A stretch of 62,227 nucleotides of DNA, from the IMG/VR virus record IMGVR_UViG_3300011115_000168, positions 1 through 62,227 of that record. One strand, 5' to 3'. The DNA is from a virus. Taxonomy: Duplodnaviria; Caudoviricetes. The notes beneath the pieces are model-generated. The model saw only the letters and a list, made by a program, of their open reading frames with translations, ran no database searches and was not told where the DNA came from. Numbering within the stretch: position 1 is the first letter of the stretch; the number at the start of each line of letters is the position of its first letter. Position numbers and translations under genes: made by a program. This document shows positions 61,456 to 62,227 of this stretch, in pieces.

Positions 61456-61484
61456 AGTATAACACAACTTGACCTTTGAGTCAA
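61456..61484 (-). promoter_or_regulatory. Sigma70 promoter TTGACT-17-TATACT with TTGAC-N6-GTCAA palindrome
   Basis: Near consensus with extended -10 TG; same palindrome as 1451-1466. Confidence 0.8.
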
Positions 61485-61502
61485 GGCTCTTGGGTAACTT
61501 TC

Positions 61503-61949
61503 TTACTTAGGGTGCGCGACAGCATTGTTTCCAAGAATAGGGTCTCGGCGCGTGAAGTGCGCTTCATCCACAGCCAGCCTGTGGAAATCATCTTGGTGCG
61601 TGTGGTCTGCATCTCCTCCCATGTACTCATCACTACCACGTTGCCTTTCGCCCATTAGTATCTTAGTGAGCACGATTAACAACTCCTCATCTGTGGTGTG
61701 ACCCATGGGTTCCTCGCCGTTCACGCGATACTCGTACGGCGCATCGGGGCTGCAATAGAACAGCGGCCCACTTATCACAGACACCTCTACCCCATTTGGG
61801 AATTTGTATCGCGCGTGATAGTGCTTGCCCAACTTGCCGCTATCCATTAACGCCGCCCCATGTTCGCCATGGGTTACTAGGAATTCCCTGTAGGGTAGCA
61901 ATGGCGTGTTGAATATCTCAGCCATGTGGTTCATGTTATTGAGACGCAT
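61503..61949 (-). CDS. Hypothetical early protein
   Basis: ORF; YKFPNG.EVSVI. Confidence 0.6.
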   Translation of the reverse strand: MRLNNMNHMAEIFNTPLLPYREFLVTHGEHGAALMDSGKLGKHYHARYKFPNGVEVSVISGPLFYCSPDAPYEYRVNGEEPMGHTTDEELLIVLTKILMGERQRGSDEYMGGDADHTHQDDFHRLAVDEAHFTRRDPILGNNAVAHPK

Positions 61950-62142
61950 ACTTGTTCAAGCCTTTCAAAAGGGTTAGGTCAGTCACTAGGATGTAGTTGG
62001 ACTTCGCCATGGGTACGATGGTGCGGGTAGGCGCAATCTCCTGCTCAGCACATGGCATACACATCTTGTATCCAAGAGCCCACCTTGCGGTGGGATACTG
62101 TTCATCGCACTTGCGGCAATGGGGTTTGTGGTCAGTCATCAT
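61936..62142 (-). CDS. Small Zn-finger protein (CxxC...CxxC)
   Basis: CRKC...R..LGY..C..C; AAGGAG RBS. Confidence 0.7.
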   Translation of the reverse strand: MMTDHKPHCRKCDEQYPTARWALGYKMCMPCAEQEIAPTRTIVPMAKSNYILVTDLTLLKGLNKYASQ

Positions 62143-62227
62143 TGTTCTCCTTTGGGCGAACACCCGCCCAAGCGTTTGCTGTTTGCTGCGCCATCTCGCG
62201 CAAGGTGTCATACTGCTTCCATGCCGC
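62101..62227. repeat. Terminal direct repeat, copy 2
   Basis: Identical to 1-127. Confidence 0.95.

Overview
The window is one apparently complete ~62.1 kb tailed-phage genome with podovirus-like gene content. Bases 1-127 are repeated exactly at 62101-62227, which looks like a circular-assembly overlap. The + strand (3883-42224) carries packaging, head, tail, lysis and ejection genes: TerS, TerL, portal, GroES-like protein, scaffold, major capsid protein, decoration proteins, a glycosyltransferase, small basic proteins, tail tubular proteins, a Gly-rich tail fibre, holin, M15 endolysin and three large internal-virion proteins. The - strand (42221-62142, continuing through 1-3487) carries early and replication genes: primase-DUF927 helicase, SSB-like protein, SNF2 helicase, PD-(D/E)xK nuclease, family A DNA polymerase, VRR-NUC, DUF3310, a DUF3150/AAA+/VWA-metallopeptidase module and many small ORFs. 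I saw no integrase, tRNA, CRISPR array or reverse transcriptase. The most notable signals are: (1) a [MYFL]-[AK]-x-G-G peptide motif repeated about 20 times across eight predicted virion/late proteins, next to a candidate processing domain; (2) a mirror-symmetric 12-box TGTTCTA array with two IHF-consensus sites; (3) a double-pseudoknot RNA between a capsid-terminator-embedded promoter and the next RBS; (4) a multi-stem RNA upstream of terS; (5) several families of repeated early-region regulatory elements. All product calls rest on motif recognition and synteny, without database searches.
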